A stretch of 41,093 bases of DNA from a bacterium (GTDB taxonomy: Bacteria; SZUA-182; DTGQ01): NCBI GenBank assembly GCA_040752695.1, contig JBFMGO010000042.1:1-41093 (forward strand), read 5' to 3'. A model generated the notes under the pieces. That model worked only from the letters and a program-made list of their open reading frames with translations. It was not told the DNA's origin and did no database searches. This document shows positions 19,823-29,834 of this stretch, in pieces. The position numbers and the translations under genes are program-made. Position 1 is the stretch's first letter, and each line of letters starts with the position of its first letter.

Positions 19823-19985
19823 CCCGGTGATCTGGACGGAGGTGGGATATCGACCACGATGCCGCCTTTCTTGCTGCTTATTGATCATGTACAGGTGGTG
19901 GCAATTCTAACTCTTACGGCAAGACCTGGATGAGGATAACTGAATAATTATCAGAGACTATAAGATATTACGAAGTTTACGATAA
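19823..19985 (+). pseudogene. Decayed dockerin/EF-hand-like C-terminal domain remnant
   Basis: Manual translation across two frameshifts and two stops: PGDLDGGG/IDHD AAFLAAY*SCTGGGNSNSYG/DLDEDN*IIIRDYKILRSLR*. Confidence 0.6.
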
Positions 19986-20022
19986 TCCGTGCCAAAGAAA
20001 GAGAGGGTAGCGTGTGGAGAAG

Positions 20023-22995
20023 ATGATGAAAATAAAAACCATGTTATTTTTTATTGTGTGTCTGGCGGCCCTTTCTCAGATGTCGGCACTTGCCCAGGAG
20101 ATGTCAAGCCCCTCATTCAGGATTGCAGCCCAGGTCCTGGACGGCGGAGGCTCACAGAGCAGTTCAGCACAATTTACCCTCATTGGAGCCCTTGGACAGC
20201 CTACGGCTATTGGCTCTTCTCAGAGTACGTCCTTTATCGATAAGGCCGGCTTCATTCCCGTAATAGCATGTTTTGCCGCAAATACTACCTATTATACCCT
20301 CGGCCTGACTAAGGCAGGCACGGGAACAGGAACGATAACCAGTTCACCATCGGGTATAGACTGCGGCGCTGACTGCACGGAAGGTTACGCCCAGGGCACC
20401 GTGGTTACCCTTTCAGCCGCGGCTGCTGCTGGTTCAACCTTTACCGGCTGGTCAGGCGGCGGTTGCAGCGGTACAGCCGATTGCATACTGACCATGAACG
20501 AAGACACCGATGTAACTGCCGCATTCACCCTGCAGACCTACACCATAGAGGCCAGTGCAGGCAGTAATGGCAGCATTTCTCCTTCTGGTATCGTGACGGT
20601 GGATCATGGATCTGATCAGCTCTTCACCATAACACCCAATCCGGACTACCAGGTAGCGGATGTTCTGGTGGATGGTGGCCTATCAGTGGGGGCAGTAACT
20701 ACCTATACATTTACCAATATAACAGACAATCATACCATAGAGGCACTATTCTGCCCATCTTCCCCTGCTCAGAATTGTCAAGACTGCCATGGCAGCGTGA
20801 CCGGCTCTCCCAGCCACGCCACCCACATTGGGGCAGATCCAAAGGGTACATCGATGAGCTGTACGGACTGCCACACTGAGGGAAAACTGGTCGATCCGTG
20901 CCCGCCCTGTACCGGAATGTTTGCCGACGGCGAGTCCCTGGCCCAGACTGCGGTTTGTGACGCCTGCCACAGTCCGGGTGGGATTTTTGACGGTGTGGAT
21001 GATCCTGTGATCGGAGCCAAGGCCAATTGGCCAGGCGGAGTCTATCAGCAGCCGGCCGGTCTGGGGCCTGGCCTCGAGAACTGGTGTGCAGGCTGTCACG
21101 ATAACGGCTCATCGGTCTGTTATGGCGTATCCGCTCCCAATGTTATGGGCAATAACGCCACCTATGGCTACAATATTACCGGCCACAAAATCACCTGCGC
21201 TGCCTGTCATGACCCGGCCAAGGCTCATGTCGATGGTCAGTCCCGCACCTATTCGCACGACTCCGATCCCTTCAATCCGGATGATCAAAACAATTACCAG
21301 AACGGCTACCGGCTGGTCAATTCCATGACCATCCCCTTGGGCGCAGGGCCTCTGGGCGGGAGCAGCCAGGCGCGGTTTGCCCTCTGCTTTACCTGTCATG
21401 ACTACGATCAGCTCATGGATGATACGGCTCCTTTTGCCACCAACTTTCAGGATGACGGAATCAACCGGCACAGGTCCCATCTCCTCTCAGGACGATATGC
21501 CTGGGATTCAGACTGGGATTATCTGCTGGTGCCGGATGAAATCATCGTCGATAATCCCCAGGCCGGCTTTGCAGGCGACTGGCCATCCTCCACGGCCGTA
21601 GGCGGGTATTACGGAACGGATTATCAGTGGCATGCAGCCGCAGACGGCACGAGCTCCGTCACATGGACTCCGCTTCTTCCCCAAAGCAGAGACTACAAAG
21701 TCTACGCACGCTGGACCGCGGACACTGACCGGGCCAGCAATGCCGCATATGCAATCGCCTATGATGGCGGCACCTTCATCGCCACAGTGGATCAAAGGAC
21801 GGATGGAGGAAACTGGACGCTTTTGGGAACCTTCATCTTTATTGAGGGAATTTCAGGCTATGTCCAGCTTACCGATCTGGCCGATGGTGTGGTTGTGGCC
21901 GATGCGGTCAAATTCGGTGACCCTCTGATCGACTCCCGCATCAGTTGCCCTGCCTGCCATAATGTGCACGGCTCGCCCAATCCGGCCATGATTCGCCACG
22001 GAGAACTGATCAGCACACCCGGAGCTTCCGATAAGGTTCCGGCCCTGAATTTCCGCTGGTACAAAGCGGATGGCTACACTCCCACTATCTTTGGTGAGGA
22101 AAGCGCTTATGGAGATATGCCGGTGCTGGGTGGTCCGGGAGGCGGAGCCCTGGAGGAGAGCATGGTGTGCGTTGCCTGTCATGGCGGCTCATCACTCATC
22201 AAATACGACCGGACCTATCAGGCACTGGGTGTGCCCACAGGCTCCTGGGCAAGACCATCGCTTCCACCTTCGGTACGACTTTTAAACCCTCAGCCGCAAA
22301 GCCGGGAGATTGCCGTAGACCGCACCTTGAGCTTTCTGCTTCTCTCCAATGGCCAGGATGCTCTTGACTGGACCACCTTCACCATTTCTCTTCAGGGCGA
22401 TATCTCTTATTCACAAACCTATACGGATGAAGACACCGGTGTGGTTTCGGTAACAGGAACATCGGCCTGTTATCAGGTGACGATTGATCCTGTTTTTGAT
22501 TTCAGCGACCAGGAGCAGATTACGGTTACAGTATCGATTCAGGATACGGCCGGCCACAGCCTGACCTCGCCTGCCTGGGCTTTTACCACAGGGGGTTCCT
22601 CTCCGGTCATCTGGAGAACTCCCCAGGCGGTTCATTCCGAGGATCTTTTCTGGCAGCCCGAATGCCTGATCGACGATCATCCTGAGACAGGGAATAAGTA
22701 CACTCCCTTTGCCGGTCACTGGGTAATCTTTGATTTGGGACAAAGCTACGAGGTAACCCAAATCCGCCTTCTTCTTTCCTCTGACTACAGCGGCCGGTCC
22801 TGGAACATCTTTGTCAGCGACGATCCAGACGACTTCGGCACTGCGGTGAAAACCGGATGGCTGGCTCAGCCGGACCCTGCCGGAACGAGTACTGCCATTA
22901 CTCCGAAACAGGGAAGATATCTCAAACTCTCTACGGCAATGGGACCTGTGTCCCCCAACACCCTCCTGGAAGTGGACTTTGCCACAGGAAATTAA
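20023..22995 (+). CDS. Secreted multiheme (8 CxxCH) cytochrome c with InlB-B repeats, inserted golvesin-like/CBM-like domain, Ig-like domain and discoidin-like C-terminus
   Basis: Signal peptide; CQDCH, CTDCH, CDACH, CAGCH, CAACH, CFTCH, CPACH, CVACH; IIVDN...YKVYARW...VDQR..GG.W..LGTF...VVADAVKF; WVIFDLGQSYEVTQIRL...GRYLKL. Confidence 0.9.
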   Translation: MMKIKTMLFFIVCLAALSQMSALAQEMSSPSFRIAAQVLDGGGSQSSSAQFTLIGALGQPTAIGSSQSTSFIDKAGFIPVIACFAANTTYYTLGLTKAGTGTGTITSSPSGIDCGADCTEGYAQGTVVTLSAAAAAGSTFTGWSGGGCSGTADCILTMNEDTDVTAAFTLQTYTIEASAGSNGSISPSGIVTVDHGSDQLFTITPNPDYQVADVLVDGGLSVGAVTTYTFTNITDNHTIEALFCPSSPAQNCQDCHGSVTGSPSHATHIGADPKGTSMSCTDCHTEGKLVDPCPPCTGMFADGESLAQTAVCDACHSPGGIFDGVDDPVIGAKANWPGGVYQQPAGLGPGLENWCAGCHDNGSSVCYGVSAPNVMGNNATYGYNITGHKITCAACHDPAKAHVDGQSRTYSHDSDPFNPDDQNNYQNGYRLVNSMTIPLGAGPLGGSSQARFALCFTCHDYDQLMDDTAPFATNFQDDGINRHRSHLLSGRYAWDSDWDYLLVPDEIIVDNPQAGFAGDWPSSTAVGGYYGTDYQWHAAADGTSSVTWTPLLPQSRDYKVYARWTADTDRASNAAYAIAYDGGTFIATVDQRTDGGNWTLLGTFIFIEGISGYVQLTDLADGVVVADAVKFGDPLIDSRISCPACHNVHGSPNPAMIRHGELISTPGASDKVPALNFRWYKADGYTPTIFGEESAYGDMPVLGGPGGGALEESMVCVACHGGSSLIKYDRTYQALGVPTGSWARPSLPPSVRLLNPQPQSREIAVDRTLSFLLLSNGQDALDWTTFTISLQGDISYSQTYTDEDTGVVSVTGTSACYQVTIDPVFDFSDQEQITVTVSIQDTAGHSLTSPAWAFTTGGSSPVIWRTPQAVHSEDLFWQPECLIDDHPETGNKYTPFAGHWVIFDLGQSYEVTQIRLLLSSDYSGRSWNIFVSDDPDDFGTAVKTGWLAQPDPAGTSTAITPKQGRYLKLSTAMGPVSPNTLLEVDFATGN

Positions 22996-23067
22996 TCCGG
23001 GGGCAGGTGTTGTCTGGATAAAACGAAGATAATGAATAACCTGAAACTATATAAGGAGAAACATATT

Positions 23068-23769
23068 ATGAAAAGAACGGCCTGGAGTATCGTTCTGGTA
23101 AGTGTCTGGCTGCTGGCGCTCTCTCATACCCTGGAGGCTGCTACCCTGGTTGTGCCTTCCCTGGATCATCCTACCATTCAGCAGGCAGTTTCAAGCGCCC
23201 GGGAAGGAGATACGGTTTTCATTACCCCCGGTATCTATCGAGAAAACCTGACCATTGAGGGAAAATTCATAAACCTTCAGGGCTCAAAGCGAGAAGCGAC
23301 CATCCTCGATGGAGGCAATAAAGCTCCGTGTCTTATCCTGAAAAACGGCAGCAACGGCCAGATTCAAAACCTGACCATCCGGCATGGCAACGCCAAAAGC
23401 AACGGAGGCGAGGGTGGAGGCATCGCCTGCTATCAGTCCAACCCTGTGATTCACAACAATATTTTTCAAAACAATGTGGCCGATCGGGGGATGGGAGGGG
23501 CGATATTCTGCTTTCAGTCCTCTCCCGTCATCAAAAACAACGAATTTTACTGCAACAGTGCTGCTTACGGCGAGGGAGGTGCTATCTATGTCTTTCGATC
23601 AAATCCGACCCTCTCCCATAATACCTTTACGGAAAACCTGGCCCTGAAGGGAGAAGGCGGGGCAGTGTCCCTGATCGAGTCAAAAGGAAAAATGACGGGT
23701 AATGTTCTCACTGGTAACAAGGATGCTGAAGGAAAGCACATTCATATGAGTAACTCTAAGGCTCAGTGA
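23068..23769 (+). CDS. Secreted right-handed beta-helix protein (DUF1565/pectin-lyase-like)
   Basis: AAGGAG RBS; signal peptide; VPSLDHPTIQQAV...GDTVFITPGIYREN; GGGI/GGAI repeats. Confidence 0.85.
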   Translation: MKRTAWSIVLVSVWLLALSHTLEAATLVVPSLDHPTIQQAVSSAREGDTVFITPGIYRENLTIEGKFINLQGSKREATILDGGNKAPCLILKNGSNGQIQNLTIRHGNAKSNGGEGGGIACYQSNPVIHNNIFQNNVADRGMGGAIFCFQSSPVIKNNEFYCNSAAYGEGGAIYVFRSNPTLSHNTFTENLALKGEGGAVSLIESKGKMTGNVLTGNKDAEGKHIHMSNSKAQ

Positions 23770-23898
23770 GTAATCCTCAGTAAGGCTAAGGGCGGGAGAC
23801 TATGAAGGATGCGTTTTTCCCCAATGCGTGAAGATGGCTGTGCAACGATGCCTACGGTATAGAACTTTAAGAAAGTATTACAGAGAGAGGGAAGAAAG

Positions 23899-25050
23899 AT
23901 GGTGATGATAAAGAGGTTTTTAAGAGCTTTTGTCGTAACGGCAGCATGTTTGGTAAGCGTTGCAGCCTGGGCAGTTCCCGGACTGATCAATTACCAGGGT
24001 AAATTAACTGATCCAGGTAATAGCGCCTTAACCGGCACCTATCAGATGGTTTTTTCTCTGTATGCTGCCCAAACCGGCGGAACGGCTCTTTGGACTGAAG
24101 AGCAAAGCGTAACCGTTGCCGATGGGATATTTCATGTTCAATTAGGTACAGCCACTTCCCTGCCTGTGAATGTGTTCGACCACGATGAGCTGTATCTTGA
24201 GATAGTCATCGACAGCGAAACCCTCACCCCGCGGCAGCGCATCACTTCTACCGCCTTTGCCATGAAGGCAGCCGATGGCGGGCCGGCCGTTGGCGACGGG
24301 CATTCACTGAACGCGGCGGACGGTGATCCTGTGGATGTGGTGTATGTGGATGATGGGGGCAACGTCGGCATCGGCACGACGAGCCCGACCCATAAGCTCC
24401 ATGTCGATGGTGACATGAAACTGAGCGGCGGTATCAATATGACCACAGTTGATAAGGAAATCAGGCTGAGCACCGGACGCATCATCTCACAGTCTGTTCC
24501 CAACAGGTTGACGGTTGAGAGCTTCGTTGCAGGCCAACCCTTGTTTCTAAGAGGCCCCGGAGGGATACAGTTCTATGCACACCTTGCGGAGAGTATGCGG
24601 ATCACGGACACAGGCAATGTCGGTATCGGTACGACGAGTCCATCTCAAAAGTTGGATGTGGCAGGTAACGTGATCGCTAATGCCTATTCGTATCACAGTG
24701 ATGCCAGACTGAAAAAAAATGTCACTCCCATTGATCATGCACTTGATAAGGTTACTGCTCTGCAAGGTGTAGAGTTTGAATGGCGCACGGAAGAATTTCC
24801 TGAAAAAGGTTTCGCTGAGGGCAGAAAAATTGGTCTTATTGCTCAGGGGGTTGAGAAGGTTTTACCAGAGGTCGTTTCCACTGATAGCGAGGGATATAGG
24901 ACAGTAGAGTATGCCAATATCGTTGGGGTCCTCGTGGAGGGAATGAAGGAGCTGAAAGCGCAAAATGACGATCTAAAGGCACAGAATGAAGGCTTGAGAA
25001 TACTCCTCGGCCAGGTGTTAAAACGCATCGAGGCTTTAGAAAACAAGTAA
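23899..25050 (+). CDS. Secreted tail-fibre-domain protein with YQG N-domain and C-terminal peptidase S74-type intramolecular chaperone
   Basis: Signal ending AAWA; INYQGKLTD...GIFHVQLG...PRQRITSTAFA; GNVGIGTTSP x2; HSDARLKKN...GLIAQGVEKVLPEVV...coiled coil. Confidence 0.9.
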   Translation: MVMIKRFLRAFVVTAACLVSVAAWAVPGLINYQGKLTDPGNSALTGTYQMVFSLYAAQTGGTALWTEEQSVTVADGIFHVQLGTATSLPVNVFDHDELYLEIVIDSETLTPRQRITSTAFAMKAADGGPAVGDGHSLNAADGDPVDVVYVDDGGNVGIGTTSPTHKLHVDGDMKLSGGINMTTVDKEIRLSTGRIISQSVPNRLTVESFVAGQPLFLRGPGGIQFYAHLAESMRITDTGNVGIGTTSPSQKLDVAGNVIANAYSYHSDARLKKNVTPIDHALDKVTALQGVEFEWRTEEFPEKGFAEGRKIGLIAQGVEKVLPEVVSTDSEGYRTVEYANIVGVLVEGMKELKAQNDDLKAQNEGLRILLGQVLKRIEALENK

Positions 25051-25117
25051 GCGCTCAATGAACCGCATCTCCCCAAGGAGAGAATACGCTCTTTCAGGGG
25101 AGCCCATTCTTTGAGAT

Positions 25118-25151
25118 GGGGGGCAGACTCGACTGAATCTGCCCTCCTTTT
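25118..25151 (+). terminator. Rho-independent terminator between convergent genes, preceded by two further hairpins (25068-25120)
   Basis: ggggggcaga...tctgccctcc-tttt. Confidence 0.6.
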
Positions 25152-25229
25152 CAAGCAGTGACTGGCACAACACAAGCACGAAACCGCCAAGAAACCTCTG
25201 GATCGATTGGATCGATGGGGGGATCGATC

Positions 25230-28200
25230 TTACGTCCTGATCTGGGCAGCGTATTCCCTGGCTCCCACATCCGGGCCTGTACCGGTGTAGTTGTCATTCA
25301 CTCCTGGTATCGGTATAGCCGTATCAAGGCATGGGGAATCCGGCATGAGAGTATAGCAAGAGGTCAGTTTTGGATCTTCGAGAATTGGCTCATCACCCCA
25401 AATCCCCTTATCAGCTCCGGTTAATTGGTAGAAGCAGTTTCTCTCGGCTATTACGGTAGCGCCATCTTCCATTCCAATTCCTCTTGGCAGCGCCATGAAG
25501 ATATTGTTCAGTATATATGCCGTGCTCGTCGCATCAACATGTACCCCATCTCCTGGACCCTGGTTGATAGCACCCGCTCTGCCAAACGATCGGCCAACAA
25601 TAGTATTGTGGTAGATCTTACATGACGATCCTGCCTTGACCTCTATCTGGTATTGGAACCCTACAGGATGATGAATTATATTGCCAATGAGGTCTAGGGT
25701 GCTATTCGAAATGGTTATGTGACCACCACTGGCAAGGGCATTTTCGAAAAACTCACATCCTACGATCCTTCCGGTGCAGTTGCTTGCTGCCAGGGCGTGA
25801 TGAGCGCTATTGCACACAATGATTCGCTCAAGATCTATCATGCAGTCATCGAGCTGCAAGCCACGAGTATCATTCACTATCTCCCCTGCCAGGGACTTAC
25901 CGTCAATAAGGGTATCCCGGATAATAACTGTTGCTCCGGCACTGGCCACCAGCCCTGGTTTGGTGCTTCCGGTGAGACTATTGCCGGACTGAGTCAAGAC
26001 AGTGTCACTGCCGCTTACCATGATATTCGGGGATCCTTGAACGGGAACATCGAAGAGACAATTTCTCGCCACGGCACTGGCACCTGACTGAACTGTAAGG
26101 TTTGCACCATAACCGCACTGGCCGTTGTTGGAGATCTGACAGTTTTCAAGTGTTACTGAGGTGTTCTGATGGAAAATGCTGATCCCCGTAGTACCGCTAT
26201 GCGAAATGCTTATATTCCTCAAAAAGGCGCAGGAGCCATTGAGCACAGACAGCCCGGTTGCACGGTTAGCGATTCCGTTGTAATCGAGGGTTGTGTCGGC
26301 AATCAGTCTGGCCAAAGATCCACTGATAACGGTAATTCCCGGTCCCGCATTGTTCATGATGGTGTTACCACGAATTTCGTTTATTTCTGAAGCTACTATG
26401 CCGATACCGGCAGTTCCGTTGTCTGTTATGGTATTATAGGCCTCAAACGTTACCAGTATTTTCCCTTTTGTCCCATCATGACCGATGCCGGCAGCCTTGT
26501 TTTCATAGATAGTATTTTGGCTGATTTCACCGACTGTGGCTCCATCGGTCAAACCGATGCCGGCTGCCCCATTGTGGTGAGAGACATTGAAACTGATCAG
26601 ATCGCATATCCCCCCATTACAGATACCGATGCCGGCATCATGATTGCCGTAGGTGCAATTGCAGCTGATCTCGGCCGCATGGGCTCCATCGATTCCAATA
26701 CCGGCGCCGAATCCGCGGCGGCCACCCTCAGTCACTTCATTATTGATGATTCTGACATAGCCGTCATCCTGACCATCCGATCGGCAACCGATGGCTGCGT
26801 TGGCTGCACCTTTTACGTAATTGCCCTCAATGATGGTATAAACAAAAGTTCCTGTCTTGGGATCAGATCCACCTGTCCCATCCGTCCCTATGCCTGCTCC
26901 GCACCTGAACGTTCCTGAAGTATCATGCACTCCTGAGTCATAGACCCGATTGTATCTGATGATAGGATGAGTAGGTCGATCGACCGGATATTTTCCCTGA
27001 TCGACTCCCTTTCGGCTGCCAATACCAACCCAGGCGCATTGATAAATCAGGTTTTTCACAATCAGTGCATGAGAGCCGTGCTGGTTTACGATGCCGGAAG
27101 CATGAAGGCGGCCAACCGGAGAAAGAGACTCGAAGCATTCATTATTGAGGCAAATGGCATAGGAGTAGCGATGATTCTCCACATTGCTTCCCTCGCTACG
27201 GCAGATCACGTTGTTGGTCAGGATCGGGTGAGAATCGTATTTGATGTTGGTGTAGCGAAAATCAAACTGCTGGTAATCCCCTACCGCAGCCTCTTGTTCA
27301 TGAAATAGTGCAGAGCTGCAAATTCCGCTGCTGCCGTTGTCACTGATAATGCAATTGATGATCGTGCCCGAAGCACCCCATAACTGTACAGTAGGTATAT
27401 GGTCAGACTTGGACTTGGCGTGGTCAACTCTGGGCATATGGGTGATGGTAAAACCGTCTACCAGCGTACTCACGGTAGCCCCTTTGGGAAAATCGATCAT
27501 TGGCCTGGCATTGACCGTGCCGGAAAATCCGGTTCCGTCGATGATGGTGTCCAAGGTTCTCGCCTGTACCCTCTTTGACTGCACATCATAGAGGGAATCT
27601 GCATAGCCTGGCCCCGCATGGAACTCATGACCGCCATTATCCGCGTCACTGATGAGCTTTACTCCCCGCTTGAGAATGAGCCGCTCATGGTAAGTACCAG
27701 CTCTCACCAGAACTGTATCCCGCGGATTCGCTGCATCTATGGCTTCCTGAATAGTCGGGTATTGGTCCGGAACAATCAGGGTTCTGCAGGGGAGAGCTAC
27801 CCAGTTGTTGAGTACCTGACTTATGACCTTCATCCTGGCCTGGTTGAAACCAGGCAGGCAGTAAAACTGCCCATAGCGGCCATTGGCGATATTGACCAAT
27901 ACGATATCGTCCGACTGATACCGTTCGCTGTCCTCAGCAAAGATCTCCTCGACCCGCCAATAGGGTACGGCAGAAGAGACTAGAGCGGCCCCAGGGGAGG
28001 AGGCCACGGAAGGGGCTGCATCGGCCAAAGGGCAGGAAGTCGTAGTGAAGAAAGGGGCAGTGGTCGCATCAATCAGCAGTTGATCATATTTAAGTGCATA
28101 TTGGGCCTCATATCCGACAAAGGAGTCGATATTATAATCTCCATCAGCATCGTTATAGTCCCAGACCGCAGTGGTCGGCTCCTGCCTTCCCCCACCCCGG

Positions 28201-28826
28201 CAAAGGCCCGAAGATGCCACACCCAAAACCTTGCCCACCCCTTCCGGGCCAGCACCTTGATCGCCCCTTGTCCCTGAAACATCCATATAGCTGGAAAATG
28301 GCTCAGATCCAGTCCAAATCAGCATGTTGCCGTTTCTCATCCATTCCTCAGCCAAAGATCCACTCTCCTCCCCATGGAAAAGTGCAGCCGGGCACATATC
28401 GATAATCAACAGTACATCCGACTTCCCATCGTTCATTCGTGCATTTATCCAAAGAAGGAGAGAATCTACCACCTCCTGGCTGTATCCGATAAATTTAGTT
28501 TTCGATCTAAAGCCGATCTCTAATTCTGTTTGAAAGTTTAGATATATATAGGCAGCGCATTCCATCTGTTCCCCTGGAGTCATTTCCCCCTGTACCCCAG
28601 GACAGTAGAGTGCTGCATCGCCTCCTCTACCTGTCTGGCACAGGGGAGTAATTTCCTGGGTGATCAACACCCCTTGAACCTCTGACTCGAAGAGATCACC
28701 ATCACCTTTATCGGCACAAACCAACCATGCATTACTCAAACATAAGATCACAAAACAACAGAGAACACATATACTTGAAAAACTTATTCCTGTCTCCACT
28801 ACCTCTTTTATTTTTGTCCTGAACAT
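25230..28826 (-). CDS. Large exported right-handed parallel beta-helix protein with uncharacterised N-terminal domain
   Basis: N-terminal hydrophobic segment; VPDQYPTIQEAIDAA...GTYHE; many N-x-x-x-x-N-x-x-AGIG coils; C-terminal SPCLDTA...GPDVGARE. Confidence 0.85.
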   Translation of the reverse strand: MFRTKIKEVVETGISFSSICVLCCFVILCLSNAWLVCADKGDGDLFESEVQGVLITQEITPLCQTGRGGDAALYCPGVQGEMTPGEQMECAAYIYLNFQTELEIGFRSKTKFIGYSQEVVDSLLLWINARMNDGKSDVLLIIDMCPAALFHGEESGSLAEEWMRNGNMLIWTGSEPFSSYMDVSGTRGDQGAGPEGVGKVLGVASSGLCRGGGRQEPTTAVWDYNDADGDYNIDSFVGYEAQYALKYDQLLIDATTAPFFTTTSCPLADAAPSVASSPGAALVSSAVPYWRVEEIFAEDSERYQSDDIVLVNIANGRYGQFYCLPGFNQARMKVISQVLNNWVALPCRTLIVPDQYPTIQEAIDAANPRDTVLVRAGTYHERLILKRGVKLISDADNGGHEFHAGPGYADSLYDVQSKRVQARTLDTIIDGTGFSGTVNARPMIDFPKGATVSTLVDGFTITHMPRVDHAKSKSDHIPTVQLWGASGTIINCIISDNGSSGICSSALFHEQEAAVGDYQQFDFRYTNIKYDSHPILTNNVICRSEGSNVENHRYSYAICLNNECFESLSPVGRLHASGIVNQHGSHALIVKNLIYQCAWVGIGSRKGVDQGKYPVDRPTHPIIRYNRVYDSGVHDTSGTFRCGAGIGTDGTGGSDPKTGTFVYTIIEGNYVKGAANAAIGCRSDGQDDGYVRIINNEVTEGGRRGFGAGIGIDGAHAAEISCNCTYGNHDAGIGICNGGICDLISFNVSHHNGAAGIGLTDGATVGEISQNTIYENKAAGIGHDGTKGKILVTFEAYNTITDNGTAGIGIVASEINEIRGNTIMNNAGPGITVISGSLARLIADTTLDYNGIANRATGLSVLNGSCAFLRNISISHSGTTGISIFHQNTSVTLENCQISNNGQCGYGANLTVQSGASAVARNCLFDVPVQGSPNIMVSGSDTVLTQSGNSLTGSTKPGLVASAGATVIIRDTLIDGKSLAGEIVNDTRGLQLDDCMIDLERIIVCNSAHHALAASNCTGRIVGCEFFENALASGGHITISNSTLDLIGNIIHHPVGFQYQIEVKAGSSCKIYHNTIVGRSFGRAGAINQGPGDGVHVDATSTAYILNNIFMALPRGIGMEDGATVIAERNCFYQLTGADKGIWGDEPILEDPKLTSCYTLMPDSPCLDTAIPIPGVNDNYTGTGPDVGAREYAAQIRT

Positions 28827-28923
28827 GATTCTCTTCCCCCAATATTTTCATTCTTATATCTTTTGCAGTTTATTTTAATTTTTCCGCTCATACTGGACAG
28901 CTACTACACCCATTCCATTCTTT

Positions 28924-28949
28924 GTCATTCCCGCGAAGGCGGGAATGAC
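28924..28949. repeat. REP-like palindrome
   Basis: gtcattcccgc-gaag-gcgggaatgac, perfect 11-bp stem resembling the widespread GTCATTCCCGCGAA.GCGGGAATC extragenic palindrome. Confidence 0.7.
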
Positions 28950-29594
28950 CGAATCTGTGGTCTTTTAAAAGTGATATTGTCTGACACATATGAGCGAATA
29001 TTTCCCTATTCTTAACAGGTTATGATAAAACTGCAAAAATATAGTTGTATTTTCATACTAAACTTATCATTACTTATGTACAAGTATTCAAATTATGTAC
29101 AAGTACTCAGAAAAATACCTCATCATAAAATACTCAGAAAAATATCTCCTCATATTGATTCATTTACTTACGAATATAGTTGCTGGGTGGCATAAAACTA
29201 TCCTCCTTACTAAAAATGATTTATATTATAATGCGTTAAAACCTTCAGACCTCCCAAATGTTGATTCAACGATTCAGAATGTTGGAAGCCTTGCAGGAAT
29301 GGAGAAAAATATATTTTTTCAAGTCATTAATCCTTAGTCCAGGTTTTGTTTTCTCCCAATATTTCCTATACTTCCATTTCAAATATCTCTATCTTATTCT
29401 CTGCTTATAAGTAGTAGACGAAATTTAGTTCAAGTTTTGGGAAAAATAAATTTAAAATATAATATAAATGGATATCCACCAAAGGACATTTATCTATAAG
29501 TGTGAAATCTACTGGCAAGAGACTTTCAAATGGGAGCTTACTCTGATGCTTTACTCCACCTGGTTATCACATCAACGGCCGAAAGGAGTTGTTC

Positions 29595-29748
29595 ATGAGA
29601 GTTCCTCGTAACAATCAAAATAACGAGCTACCTTTGTCATCGCCTGACAAAAAATCTCTTCATGTGAGGGGGGGAGATTTCCCTTGGGAAGAGGATCAAT
29701 TTGGCAGAGATTGGCCATAAGAGAGTAGAGCTTGATTTTGAAGGGGGA
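29595..29748 (+). pseudogene. 5' fragment of an IS1380-family transposase, frameshifted at a G7 run
   Basis: GAAAGGAG RBS then ATG; removing one G gives ...HVRGEISLGKRINLAEIGHKRVELDFEGG, resembling the IS1380 N-terminal V-x-x-D-F-x-G-G motif; breaks off before the expected SD-x-G. Confidence 0.5.
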
Positions 29749-29834
29749 TCGCGACACGAGGTCGCATAAGTAGCTGTTATGACTGAGAGATCAGGACATA
29801 ACCTAATGTTCTGCCATTAGTACCCTACCGGGAC

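Noticed and set aside
25163..25178. Sigma-54-like GG-N10-GC motif
   Set aside because: Lies between convergent gene ends with no downstream sense gene, and lacks the TTGC consensus.
29095..29337. 80-aa ORF in the AT-rich region
   Set aside because: Begins in a tandem duplication, has no RBS or motif, and is probably promoter or intergenic DNA.
29749..29834. Integron attC-like motifs (gttatg, cataac) before the intron
   Set aside because: Order and spacing do not form a convincing attC hairpin, and there is no integrase or cassette array.
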